Positions 11,115 to 22,600 are shown, numbered from the whole stretch's first letter. The stretch is DNA of 63,936 nt, filler included, from Vannella sp. (GCA_023345925.1; 6 parts of 6 records of this genome joined end to end with filler, not necessarily neighbours in it), one strand, 5' to 3'. The notes: a model not told the origin generated them from the letters alone. Translations and numbers: made by a program.

Positions 11115-12794
11115 ATGGAGGATCTGCGGAAGAAAGCGTTGCCTCAGTTTGGAGTGCTGGAGCACTTCAGTGGACAGTTGGTCAAGGCAACTGCTCAGGA
11201 TGCGGATACGCTCCAACGGTATCTTCTGTTGTTGGGTTCGGGTGATCCTGTGGCTATCCGCAGCAAAGGGAACTTCTCCCTCCCTGCCATGCTCGGAGAG
11301 TTCGTTGAATCGGCCAAGGGATGTCTCAAGAGCCTCGTGGGTCTCATACGAGCTTCCCCTTCCACCCTTTGCGACCACATCACTGCAAGTGAGGAGTGGC
11401 GCATCAATCTCCTTGGAGGAGTGGCAGAGAGAACCACATACTACGACTTCATCCATCGAAACACCACATCTGAGTCCCCCCTGTCCCCTGAGGAAGCATC
11501 CAACGCTTGCCAAGGCAAAGACCACCGAGACTGGTTGCGCCTTACAGAGCAAGAGCGGTACCACTCTCTCATACTCTTCTCAAACAAGGTCTTTCGACTC
11601 TACTTCTCCAAGAACCCCCAAGCAAGCCAGCAAATGGTAAAGCCCTTGTTCGACCATTTCATGCGCCAGCTCCGCTCTGCAAGCGAGATCATCAGTGACG
11701 ACGTAGTCTCAACGTTACAGCTACTACTCAAGAACACAGACTGCCTGTCCCCGTTCCTCAAGGTCTTTACGCAGGTCACTACCGCAATGATTTCTCAACC
11801 GACAACAGAGAAAGAGGCTTTTCTGGAGTCTGAGGACGTCTGGAAGTGTCAGAACCAGTACGAGATTAACATTGGGAAGGTCATGGCCTTCATCCTGTCT
11901 CAGGTCCACCCCAATATGGAGTCAGAAATGTCACTTATCTCTTCCAGTCTCTTGTCCATGAAGTTCTTCCCCGTTCTTCTCTCAGCATGTTATCGAGCTT
12001 CTTCATGCCAAGGATACCTTCAAATGCTCATTGTCCTCCTGCAGAGACACAAGGCACAGTTCAAACCGTCTCATTTGAATGCAATTGATAGTTGTGCTGA
12101 GCGGATATCACGCATCTTCTCGCACGCCAATGAAAGGCCAGAAGTACCTCTTGGTGTGCCAAGGTTCGTTGTCATTCAAACTCTCTTGCCTCTGGTTCGC
12201 CTTGACAGTGGGACCATCAATCTTCGAATAGTGAATTTGAGAGTTCTGCCAGGCCTGCTTGTTTTGATGTTCCGTTCTCATCCAAGATGCTCAATCGCTC
12301 ATACTTACATCCGACACACCTTCTCAGAGATCTTGGAGAAGGCTCGGCGCAATAGGACGCAATCCATCATGTCCATGCTCCTCACAGACGACCAACCTCA
12401 GCTGTTCCACATCATTGAGTTGATTTTGAACAGCATGGAGGGCTCTGAACATGGGTGTGGCAAGGAAGTACTCCACATGGATACTTCCAGACACTTATTT
12501 CTGGAGTTGGAGAAAATTGTCCGAGTCAAGGATTTGGTCAAAACAGCTGAGTTCCTTCCCTTATGGAAGAGTACCTCAAAGGCCATCAAGGCTTATGAAA
12601 GCCAACTTGACAAGTCCCAATCAAAGACGAAAAAGCAAGTCTCTGCTCTGATTAAAGCCAAGAGACGAGCTTCGCTGGCTGGCGAGTGTGAGTTCGCTCA
12701 TGACAGGCGAATCTTTGGCGAGGAAGACAACGTTTTAGATGTGAAGGGTGACCCATCTATGCAGCTGTTGCAAGAGGAGCTCTCCCACACATAA
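11115..12794 (+). CDS. Helical-repeat protein, divergent SAPS (SIT4/PP6 regulatory subunit)-like
   Basis: Intronless long ORF; first in-frame ATG at 11115. PLGVPRFVVIQTL and LLVLMFRSHPRCSIAH resemble the SAPS motifs PLG.RL..ELI and LLDLFF.YPWNNFLH. Confidence 0.55.
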   Translation: MEDLRKKALPQFGVLEHFSGQLVKATAQDADTLQRYLLLLGSGDPVAIRSKGNFSLPAMLGEFVESAKGCLKSLVGLIRASPSTLCDHITASEEWRINLLGGVAERTTYYDFIHRNTTSESPLSPEEASNACQGKDHRDWLRLTEQERYHSLILFSNKVFRLYFSKNPQASQQMVKPLFDHFMRQLRSASEIISDDVVSTLQLLLKNTDCLSPFLKVFTQVTTAMISQPTTEKEAFLESEDVWKCQNQYEINIGKVMAFILSQVHPNMESEMSLISSSLLSMKFFPVLLSACYRASSCQGYLQMLIVLLQRHKAQFKPSHLNAIDSCAERISRIFSHANERPEVPLGVPRFVVIQTLLPLVRLDSGTINLRIVNLRVLPGLLVLMFRSHPRCSIAHTYIRHTFSEILEKARRNRTQSIMSMLLTDDQPQLFHIIELILNSMEGSEHGCGKEVLHMDTSRHLFLELEKIVRVKDLVKTAEFLPLWKSTSKAIKAYESQLDKSQSKTKKQVSALIKAKRRASLAGECEFAHDRRIFGEEDNVLDVKGDPSMQLLQEELSHT

Positions 12795-12850
12795 AGAGAC
12801 GAAGTTCCAGACATAAATGGACCAGTTTCTTTCAAATGGAATCTTCCGCT

Positions 12851-15464
12851 TTACATTGACAAGTGTGTCTTGTGGGAAGAGAGCAGGGAGTTGCACAGAG
12901 AAACAGGAAGAACCTTGCGGATGGGAACGAGGAGCTTTTCAAACTCATCTTTGAGTAGAACCTTCTTAATGCACATCACAAATAAGGTTTGCTTCTCCCC
13001 ATTCATCTGTTTCAGCAGCCATGGAATCATCGAGTTAACAAAGGAGATGGGAGAGCGGTCAATAATCTCGCTAAACCAACACTTAGTTCTAAAGTACTCT
13101 CGACTGAGGTAGACTCACCGCAAGAGGCGGGCTTGTTCGTCATAAGTGGACAGTTGGTAGACCAACTGGAAGATTTGCTTTTGTTTGTAAAGGCGATGCA
13201 GTTCGATTGAAAGAGCGTGGTACACTGCATCAATCAGCTCCTTCATCGACTCTGGGGTAACCAGTGGGGCCATGCGAAGGTCAATGAGGAGCGAGGACGC
13301 TTTCAGCATACATTCCTTGCCCACCCGATTGTCTTCAGAGGCAGATTGAACAAGTAAACGAAGATCCTTTGACTTTCTCTTGATAAAAGGGAGGATGGCT
13401 TCCTCTTCGTACAGGTGATTGACTGTCAAGAACCCAAAAATGGTGTTCAAGGAGTCTTCTAAAGTTCTCAGTCCAACCAACGCCATACTGGCGGTACAGA
13501 TATCCTTCACGCTCCGTAGGCGGGTTTTCAGTGCAACGGAGAGCATCTCTAACACGAATATTGGGTTGGAGACAACAAAATTGTCCTGAATGGAGTCAGT
13601 AAGTCACTCGCTCAGCCACTTCTCACTAGAACCACTCACATCGCTGAGAGTTCTCTTGGCATCATTCAGAGCGGTTTTCGAATCCACAAGGGCAGAAGAT
13701 ACAGTTGCTGTTGCTGTTGAGGCTAACCGAGCAATCTCGGTCTTTTTACGAGTGTTCCCTGTGCTGGGATTGATAACCTCTGGGCAGTTCTGGTTCCGCA
13801 AATGAATTTCCGTTTGCTCTGTTTTCTCTAATTGGCGATGTACATCAGACCAGAGGTCCTCAGGAAGGCCAACCTTAAGCCAGCCCAAAATGTCCTGCTG
13901 AAAGCGGAACGGCATTGCGAAGCGGTAGTAAAGCAAGAAGGAGCGTATCTGAGTGGGGTCCTTGAGATGAGAGATGACCCACGGCACATGGATGGCCAGC
14001 ACTGGCTCAGGAGGGAAGAAGGCCACATTGCGAGTGAGCCGAACAAGTTCGTACTTTGAAAAGAGTTCCTCGGAGCTCTCCAGAGAGATTATGCTTTCTT
14101 CATGGCTAAGGTCTTGAAGAAGAAGTCCATTGAACTCCTTCAAGGTCTCCTGTATCTGTTGAATGATGCCCTCCCATTGAGAATGCTCCTCCAGCTTATT
14201 TGCTTTCCACTTGAGCAGTTGCGTGACTGTATCACCTCTCACAGTATCTCCCCTTCCTATTTCCCTTTGTAGCGAGGCATGGAGGCCAAGCGTCTCAAAC
14301 AAAGAGGCGAGAACCTTCAGGAGTTGGAGTTGTTTGGCGATTGCTTGGTCGACATCAGCCACTACAAGACCCTAAAAGCGAGTGTAAGCTTCTCCAATTG
14401 ATAATACGAAGAAGGTACCTTCTCAACGAAGGAGGGAACGACCATCTCGGTCTTGCACAAGGAATGTTCTCTCAAAACCATCTCAAAGTTGGCGAATCTG
14501 GCAGTGATGAGTCGCACTTGGTTGGGATCTCGTAGAGCGTCTCCAGCAACATCATCTAACAGCTCTTCAACACCGCGACGAAGAGCACTACAAGTTTGGG
14601 TGAGTTATTGTGGAGTGGGAGGCGGTAACGTCGCACTTGTTCACTATCTGGATGAGCTCGAGTGGGAGAATATGAGGTTGTAAGTTGCCTCTTCCTTGCA
14701 ATGACTGGAACCACAGAAGATGCCCCCGCGTCTCGTACACGGACTTGGCGCAACTGTCCCTCCTTATTCTCCTTGGTTAGGTCTTTCGCAAGACTGAGGA
14801 TGTCAGAGGCATACTTAGACATGCGGTCTATCCATCCACGAAGGTTAGAGAAGGGGGTGAGCTCGATACCGTGCATATAATGAAGAAGAGGCATCTTTTG
14901 GAAGATAGTCCAGTAGTTGATGTCCACCTAGACCCTCTCGTGAGCTAGTAGCCCTCACAGAAGACAGTACCATACCATGCTAACCGAGGAACCAACGAAG
15001 AAAGGCCCTTTGAGGGAGGAATCGAGACTCTCCAACTCGCGAAGGAACAGTTTGGCCAAGCGAGGAGCTTCGCGATTGATTGGGTCAAGCAGCTGCTCCA
15101 CAAGGGGCTCAATAGTCGTGGTACAGTGCAAAGTGGGAGCGATCTGCTTCTTCTTGGTCGCAGAAAGGCGCGCCGCTTTCGGGAACTTCTTCTCCAAATG
15201 GCGAGTGACGTCGTCACATCCCACCAGGGTTACGCCTCCATGTTTAAGTACAGGCAAGAGCCCATGTGGGCTCACTTGAAGGAACCTAAGGCTCGTCAGA
15301 GGCGCCTTCGCGAGGACTTCAAGTACGAACCACTTTGGAGGCCTTGCGCCGTTCTCTGGGAGCTTGTGCAAGACAAACGGCGCCTCAGACTCATACAGAA
15401 CGATACGCGCGCGTTGTGACAAGTAGCAGTATTGCCCCGCGTACAGCTCCAACGAGTCCGCCAT
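12851..15464 (-). CDS. Glutathione S-transferase (omega/DHAR-like) fused to two hemerythrin-like (HHE) helical domains
   Basis: GST-N YCYLSQRARIVL...VSPHGLLPVL and GST-C GPFFVGSSVSMVD...NLRGWIDRM. Seven GT-AG introns join, in frame, to NALRR...EHSL...LSHEE...VPW and ...NHLYEEE...MIPW blocks. Confidence 0.7.
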
Positions 15465-15506
15465 GACCAATAAAAAATGGCTTTTAATTCACCTGCCAAC
15501 CAAGGG

Positions 15507-15541
15507 AATCGATTTTTTATACGTTTTTAACGTTTCAACTT
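15507..15541 (-). promoter_or_regulatory. Conserved 35-bp element, copy 1 (43 bp upstream of the GST-HHE ATG)
   Basis: aatcgattttttatacgtttttaacgtttcaactt; 28/35 positions identical in all three copies. Confidence 0.7.
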
Positions 15542-15576
15542 TTGGGGTGATTCATGGAAGGGGGACTGGGAGTCGT

Positions 15577-16960
15577 TTAGGAGTGGTCTTTTTGATGTTG
15601 TAACATGAAGGCAGTGGAAAGTAACTCCTCGACCTCCCTGAGTGCCCATTTGGAGGTGGGAAGGCGCTGGAGGAAGAGCATCAGCTCTTGAAAGTCAAGT
15701 TGTCGAAGCTGGGGGCTCCAATACTTTAGGAATGCGGCGCACACAAAGACATGGAACGAAGAGAACTCCTCTGCTTCAGCGAGGTAGGTATCCCACATGC
15801 GTACGACAAGTTCCAGTGGAATCTCCCTCATCAGAAGGCAGTTCATCCATCGGAAAGAGAACTGGAGGAAAGAGGCTCCTTGTTCTTCCAAGTGCTTGGC
15901 CAGGGGAGCTATCAGGGATGAGACCAAGGCGTAAGGGAGCGAGATACGAACCATCAATGTCGTTCATTATCGCTTCCAGTTGGAAAACCATCCTCTGGAT
16001 GCCCACTTGGGCGAATGTGTAGTTCTCTTGGATGTGGCTGAGGAACTTACTGAAGCAACCGAAGCAATCCGCTTCCACAACACGGATTTGGGCTTCCGTT
16101 AGGACATCCGCGATGGAACACTGTTCCAAGACACTTCCTGGGGGAAGGTTTTCCGCCAGGAATACCAACAGGAATGGCGTAACCAAGTCGTTGATGCCTT
16201 GTACGTATCCACTGGCGGGGTTGCGAAGGGCCCAAGTGAAGAGTATTCGTTCAAGTGACTTTTCAAGTATGAGGAAAGGCGCTGTTCTGCTGCTTGGAGG
16301 GACTTACTGTCTGTATGAACGGCTGCTGGAAGAGTTTGGAGTGTGGGCCTGTCCTTAACACGTCAATGTGGATCTACGTCTTCGAATGAGATCGCTGCCT
16401 GGGCTCTCTTCGCTTATCTCGGGGCTTACTTGATGATAAGTCGTACTCTCATACTCATCTCGATCTTCTGCTTTCAGGGATGACCGAACGAGGTCAAAAT
16501 GAGGGAGGAGGCTGTAGTACTCGTTTCTCTTCTTCTGAAGCGCTGAATCTCTGCGGAGTTGGTTGGTAGGGAGATATCCCTGTACATTGGCTGTCAGGAT
16601 TACTGCGGGGAATACTCAGAGCGTACACAAAGGAGCTTCCACGTCTCTGCGCGGAGATCTGCGGGGATCCCACTCCAGGCCAAGGACCGAAGTTGGTCGA
16701 GATCTACCGTTGGTGAACGTAGTAGACGGTTAAACTTCAGCTGCTTGATGTTGAGCTCTGCGGCAGCACCCTCCGTATCTATGGGCGGCGCGCTAACGAT
16801 ATTCTCTTCCACTCGAGGAGGGAGAGGGGCAGTACTCGTCACAGGTCGGTAATCTGGATTCAGCGAGAGCAAGGAAGGGATCCCACTCTCCTTTTGTACC
16901 ACACCAAAGGTGCAACGCGCTGGAGACCATCCAAAGCCAGACCCAACAAGCATGTCGGTC
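15577..16960 (-). CDS. TBC1D22: Rab GTPase-activating protein, TBC1D22/Gyp1 family (5' end probably beyond the contig end)
   Basis: LRSLAWSGIP...WKLL, IHIDVLRT (IxxDxxR), SGYVQGINDL, FSFRWMNCLLMRE, RMWDTYLAE. Several short introns. Confidence 0.9.
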
Positions 16961-17060
16961 NNNNNNNNNNNNNNNNNNNNNNNNNNNNNNNNNNNNNNNN
17001 NNNNTTAATTAATTAANNNNNNNNNNNNNNNNNNNNNNNNNNNNNNNNNNNNNNNNNNNN
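16961..17060. other. Artificial contig linker
   Basis: N-run/TTAATTAATTAA/N-run, 100 nt, with stops in all six frames; identical at five places. Confidence 0.98.
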
Positions 17061-17859
17061 CAAGCCGAAACAGGACTCATAATTTACAAGAAGAACATAG
17101 AAGGCATTTTCAATCGTTGGATGGGGAAGAGAGAGGATCAAAGTTCATCAGGCCATTTGTCACTAGAAAGTACTAACTCGATTGATACTCAAAGAATTCC
17201 GATTTCGTGGCATGAAACTCGAAATGTATTTGTAAAGAGTCAGCATACACTTTTCTGTAGAAGAAGGAGATCACCAAAGCTCTTCAGAAGAAGATGAAAA
17301 TGATGAAGAGGAATTCGGATAGCACCCTGAGCTCTGCCAAGTCCAAAGTCCCAAAACCACATTGAAAGATGGGGGATATTATGCGTAAAGAACTTGTGGT
17401 ACAACCGTTGGCAGGACGATAGCCTGTATCCAATCAAGGACAACGATTCCTGATGAATGCTTTGAAAGACTCCATCGACGGAACCCCTGGCTCCGCTACT
17501 CAGTTTTTCAGCTTTAAGACTATTTGAAAACTTCAAATCTCCCTTGGTGTAAGCTCCCAGGATCCCAGGAGCTGATGAAATTGATGGAAAGCGAAAATCG
17601 GGTTTTGCATTTTGAAGCCAGTCGAGGGTCTTTTGATGCCTCAAGTTGATGAAATGAATAGAAAGTTTTCTATTCTAACTAATGAATGACACTCACTATC
17701 AGGTCCATAGTTAGGGAGCTGCAACGGACTTTCGACGGCCCAGGTAGGACTTTCGACGGGCACGATTGATGAGTCAAGTGAAAACTTGAGATTTGAGTTT
17801 TAGTAAATCGAAATGTTGACCCGATACTACACTCGATGGGAAACACGCTGTTCAATTTG

Positions 17860-18951
17860 TCAAATGAGAGTACAGGTTGCTTCAGGTGGCGGTAGAGTGG
17901 TCGGTGGTGAAGCAACACGACCACGGAGTTGGTCAATGTACTGAACTATCGGCTGATGCATCGAAGATGTAGTTTGCTGCTCCTTCCAGGGGACCGGTGA
18001 CTCCGTCATTCTCACTGAGAGCGGGCCTTCTTGGATAAGGCGACGGTCATTTTCATCTTCCCAGTTGAAAAGTGCAGTTCCTGCTACCGGAGGGGGATTA
18101 TTGACTTCAATGACCCTCGCACGCGAAAAGTCAGGACATATAACAAAGTCGATGGTGTAAGTGTCTCCAGGAGCTCGTAGCTTTCCCTTAACGGCCTCAA
18201 ACTCAAGGAGAATGAGCTCTATCACACGCTCCTTGTTTTCTACCATCTCTCGTACGTACAAGGCGGCGTGGTATTGAGTGATCGCGGTAACTTGGTTGTG
18301 AACAACAAACACTCGGAACTCGTACTCCGGGTGGATGTCCTCCCACTCACGAATGACCACAGGGAGGGATTGACCATGGGCAAGGAAGCCCAAGCTCAGG
18401 TCGGCCTGAACTCGGTTGGAAGAGGATAGAAGCTCGATGGCCTCTTCTCCACTGCGCACGCGGCACGCTCGACTGGTGCAGGACCAATAGATGATGCCAT
18501 CTGCTGCAGCACATTCAAGGGAATCAGGGTCCTCTTGAGGGCTGGCTTCGATGGCTTCTTTGATGAGTTGAAGCGCCAAACCTCGAAGTAATGCACCATC
18601 CTTAGGACTGCGGGTGTTCATGCGAACGAAGGCACCTTGAGGGAACCCTTTGATGACCTCGTCTACTCGAAGAGTGGCCTCTTTCAAAGCAAGCGCCAAG
18701 TTAGGGTGGTTCCTCTCTAACTGGTCGCGCGGATCCATCTCCCTGACCCTCTTCTTGTCCTCCTCCGTCTCGCTCATGTTCCACATCTGTCCAAGCATGC
18801 GTCCGATTTCCCTAACCTTGACCAAAGCTTGGCCCTCTTCCAAGGAGAGGTCGAGAATCTTCGTGTCGAAAGTATGAGCAGGCCCCAGCAGAGGGAACCA
18901 CTCAGAGATGTGGTGGTAGTGCCCCAGCTGGTGTCGGTCGGGTTCAGACAT
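17860..18951 (-). CDS. Cdc123-like (R2K-type) ATP-grasp protein with a C-terminal CaaX box
   Basis: AFVRMNTRSPKD, LLSSSNRVQADL, VVIREW, EFRVFV...TAITQY, YTIDF, VIEVN. Ends CTLI*. Intronless. Confidence 0.85.
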   Translation of the reverse strand: MSEPDRHQLGHYHHISEWFPLLGPAHTFDTKILDLSLEEGQALVKVREIGRMLGQMWNMSETEEDKKRVREMDPRDQLERNHPNLALALKEATLRVDEVIKGFPQGAFVRMNTRSPKDGALLRGLALQLIKEAIEASPQEDPDSLECAAADGIIYWSCTSRACRVRSGEEAIELLSSSNRVQADLSLGFLAHGQSLPVVIREWEDIHPEYEFRVFVVHNQVTAITQYHAALYVREMVENKERVIELILLEFEAVKGKLRAPGDTYTIDFVICPDFSRARVIEVNNPPPVAGTALFNWEDENDRRLIQEGPLSVRMTESPVPWKEQQTTSSMHQPIVQYIDQLRGRVASPPTTLPPPEATCTLI

Positions 18952-19201
18952 GCTCTTCCAACAAGGCTTCAGAAAATGGTGATGCACATGGACGAGCCTC
19001 TGATTGGTTCTTTTCTCGTCCTTCCAGAAAGTCCTCTTTGAACGACCTTAAAATTAATTCTCTTTCGGAACATGCTTGAGTAAGTGCTGAGGTCTCGACA
19101 AGAGGAACTGAAGCAATTTTCGCGGGGTTCTCATTTTTGTTACAGTTTCTCAGTTTCACAATCGACCTTGAATTACATTTGTAATTACCCATTTCTTTGG
19201 C

Positions 19202-20579
19202 ATGGGTTGGGCATGTTGGTGGTTCCTGTTGGTTTTGTGTGCAAATGTAGCGCTGGCTAGCCACTCAATTGTAGAATATGGGGCAATACCAAACGATTCA
19301 TCGGACAGAGCAGCGTGGACGAACTCTGCAGCCTTCAGAAGGGCATTGAATGCTGCGAACAACAGTTTCGACCGAACTGTGCTTGTTCCTGCAGGGGAGA
19401 GCTTCTACATATTTGAAGTTGAAGCATACTACTTGCACATGGTTACTATCACCATCAACGGTGTCCTATTAGTGTCGAACAACATCACCGCATGGCCCAA
19501 GTCGAATTCGAAGCACGTTCTCGCAGCTTTTTACCTCGGAGACTGCTCAAATATCATCCTAGATGGTACTGGCGTGTTCGATGGGCAAGGATATGACTGG
19601 TGGAGCTACGTCTTTCGCACAACCATCGACAATCGGCCCATGTTGGTGCAAATGGACCGCGTTTTGAACCTTATCATCGAAGGAGTAACGTTCCGGAACT
19701 CTCCTATGTATCACCTTTCACTACAAGATATGAAGGACGTTATCATTCGCAACTTGGAGATCTTCGTGGATGTAACAAAGCAGAAAGAGCTCATGTCCGC
19801 CCACGGACTCCTTAATAAGTGGGGATTGCCCGTCTTCCCCCTCAACACTGATGGTATTGACCCACAAGGTGCGTATGCCACACTTTGGATGGAGACAGCT
19901 CACACATAGGCAAGGAATCAACTTTCTGATCGAGAATGTCACAATTACCAACTACGATGACGCTGTTGCAGTCAAGCCTCAGTCTTCCGCGAATAAGTAT
20001 AGTAGATGCTCTCAAGACATGATCATTCGCAATTGCACAACCTTCTTTAGTGTGGGGATGACGATTGGGTCCGTTCCGCCATCAACCAATGTCAATTGCA
20101 TCCAAAACATCGTCTTCGACAACATAACAATGCACAATCCCATCAAAGCCATCTATGTGAAGACGAATCCTGGTGAATCAGGCTCTGGATTGATCAACAA
20201 CATCACTTATTCGAACTTCATTGCCAAACACAGTCTCTGGTATCCTATTTGGATTGGCCCTCAACAAGAGCGCCAGCCAGGGACTCCAGGAACCGGATGT
20301 AGCTTCTTCTATCCCATCATTGATACCTGCCCAACCCAACCTCTGGTTCCTGTGACGAACATTCGTTTGGTCAATGTCACTTTGGAGGACGGTCTCACCA
20401 TGCCAGGGGTCCTCCTATGCAACGCTCAAGTACCTTGCACAGATTTCCACTTTGAGAACGTCACCAACTCCGGTCGTTTCCTCGTGCAAGATGATTATGT
20501 GTGCCAAAACGTCCAAGGCACATTCATTGCATCCTCTCCCGCTCCTGATTGTCTCGAAGAGATCCGCTCCTCATCATAG
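19202..20579 (+). CDS. Secreted glycoside hydrolase family 28 (polygalacturonase-like)
   Basis: Signal peptide; GVFDGQGYDWW, NSPMYH, NTDGID, YDDAVAVK, GMTIGS. Intron 19869-19914. Confidence 0.9.
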
Positions 20580-20630
20580 CTGTTCTAATCAAGTCAGAGT
20601 CCTCTCTTAATCATTTCATTTCTTTTTGAG

Positions 20631-22519
20631 ATGTTGGGGAGGGCGTGGGGACGGTCAGGTTGGGGGGAATGTCGCCGTTTGCTTGCGTCGAGGGTTCAGC
20701 TCAGCCAAAAGAGGATAATGGGCAATGATTGTCGTGAAATCCGTCAGGGTGCATCGACAGAAGGACCTGGGATTGACTTTTCTGGCACCTCGGAAGCTTA
20801 TGAGCACAAATCGAACATGGAAGTCCTTCGTTCACTGCTTATCTTCTCTGCATGCAACTGCACACCTCTAGTAATGAACAGTCACCGTCTCCTTACACTA
20901 TCTGAGGTGAGAATTCTCCGTCTGAGGGTCAGTGAACTCATTCCCTCATCTCAGCGAGTTGTTGGGAAGCCTGTGACTGCAAGTATCGTTCGCAACACAT
21001 TCTTCAAACAGTTTTGTGCAGGAGAGACTCAGGTGGATGTGGAGCCCCTCATGGAGAAGCTCCAGTCCTTAGGAGTTGGTGGAATCCTTGATTACGCCGC
21101 CGAAGAAGACGTTTCTGAGTGTGCAGGTCAGTACCCAACTCCGTTCTCCTTTTCTAGAAGGGCTGTCTCATCTCTTGAGCTAAGAAGCGTCAATAGTACG
21201 CGATGGAGTGGAATGTTACGATGCAGAAGCTGAGGTCAAGAGGGACATTAACATGCGCATCAAGTTGGAGAGCATTGAACTAGCAGCTGCTACATCGAAA
21301 GCCCCCTTTGCAGCAGTCAAAGTGAGAGATTTCACGAAAGGTCGGTTTTCTGGAACTGATTTTGAGAAGGTTACCGCTTTGGGGAATCCTGGAGTCCTAG
21401 AGAAGGCCTCTTCGTGCATCAAAGCCATTCAAGATCTTTGGAACAGTAGATTCAAGGCAAGCTATGGAGACTTGATCAACAAGGAACAGTTTCTGCAAGT
21501 CATTCGAGAAATGGGAAATCTAGCTTCCGGCACCGAAGCTGAGCTTCTCTTTCAATCTTTGGACACTGACAATGACGGAATCATCGACTACTATGAGTGG
21601 ACCAAGGGCATTCAGGTCAACGATCTCGCAATCCGAGGCTCAGGCCCAAAATCTCTGGTTACCCACAGCGGACATCTTCCTCTCTTGAATGAGAGAGAAG
21701 CTTATCTGATGCAAGCTATGGTTCGACGGGTGAACAAAGTAACAGAAGAAGCTTGCAGACTTGGGGTTCGTATTCTGATGGATGCGGAGCAAACCTATTT
21801 GCAGCCAATGATAGACCACATCACCATCCAGCTTCAGAGGAAGCATAATCTTTTGAAGCCAATCGTGTTCAATACTTATCAGTGTTATCTTATGAAGACG
21901 GGAAGAAGGTTGGCCAACGACATTTTTCGTGGAGAGAAAGAAGGCTTTGTATTTGCTGCAAAGCTGGTGAGAGGAGCCTACATTGTCCAAGAACGGCAAA
22001 GAGCCCAAGAACGAGGAGAGAGATCGCCAATTTGGGGAACTAGAGAAGAGACTGACAAGCAGTACAACGAAATGGCCCAACTTTGCCTCAAGGAAATGGA
22101 TCCAAGAGCCATCGTACTGGCAACACACAATCAGCTCTCTGTTGAACTTATCACTAGCCACCTGAGAGAGTAAGTCACTTCCCAGTGAGCAAACTTCCCG
22201 GCTCATTCCTTCACCTATTAGGAAGAAAGTTGCCCCTGAGGATGGAATACACTTCGGACAGTTACTTGGTATGTCAGATAACTTGACATTCCCTCTAGGA
22301 AGGGTAAGTGTCTCTCAAGATAAGAGGAAGGCACTAATATCATTTCAGAACGGTTACAAAGTGTTCAAAGTAGTTCCTTACGGCCCCATCGATGAAGTCC
22401 TGCCCTACCTCATCCGACGAGCACAAGAGAACTCTTCTGTCCTTAACACAAGCAAGAAAGAGCTTTCCATGGCCACATCGGAAGCTCTTCGAAGATTCAA
22501 GTCGCTTTTCCGGCCCTAA
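20631..22519 (+). CDS. PRODH: Mitochondrial proline dehydrogenase with an EF-hand insertion
   Basis: FFKQFCAGET, ILDYAAE, AVKVTAL, LMDAEQTYLQP, NTYQCYL, KLVRGAY, ATHN, PYGP...PYLIRRAQEN. EF-hand DTDNDGIIDYYEW. Several introns. Confidence 0.95.
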
Positions 22520-22600
22520 TGGACCCGGCAGCTCTCAGTCACAAGTGTTTGGGCAAATGAACAAGACTCTGATCCTTTTCGCCTCATTTCATAGCCGCCG

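Noticed and set aside
16961..17060. Recurrent TTAATTAATTAA palindrome in N-runs
   Set aside because: It is an identical 100-nt six-frame-stop linker used to concatenate contigs. Adjacency across linkers has no biological meaning.
17061..17700. ORF 17240-17644 and short plus-strand frames
   Set aside because: No recognisable motifs or consistent splice model; left unannotated.
17726..17759. 13-bp direct repeat GGACTTTCGACGG x2
   Set aside because: Only two copies with an 8-bp spacer. Not CRISPR-like, and no function can be supported.
21562..21600. EF-hand inside proline dehydrogenase as a novelty
   Set aside because: An EF-hand-like insertion is already known in eukaryotic PRODH proteins.
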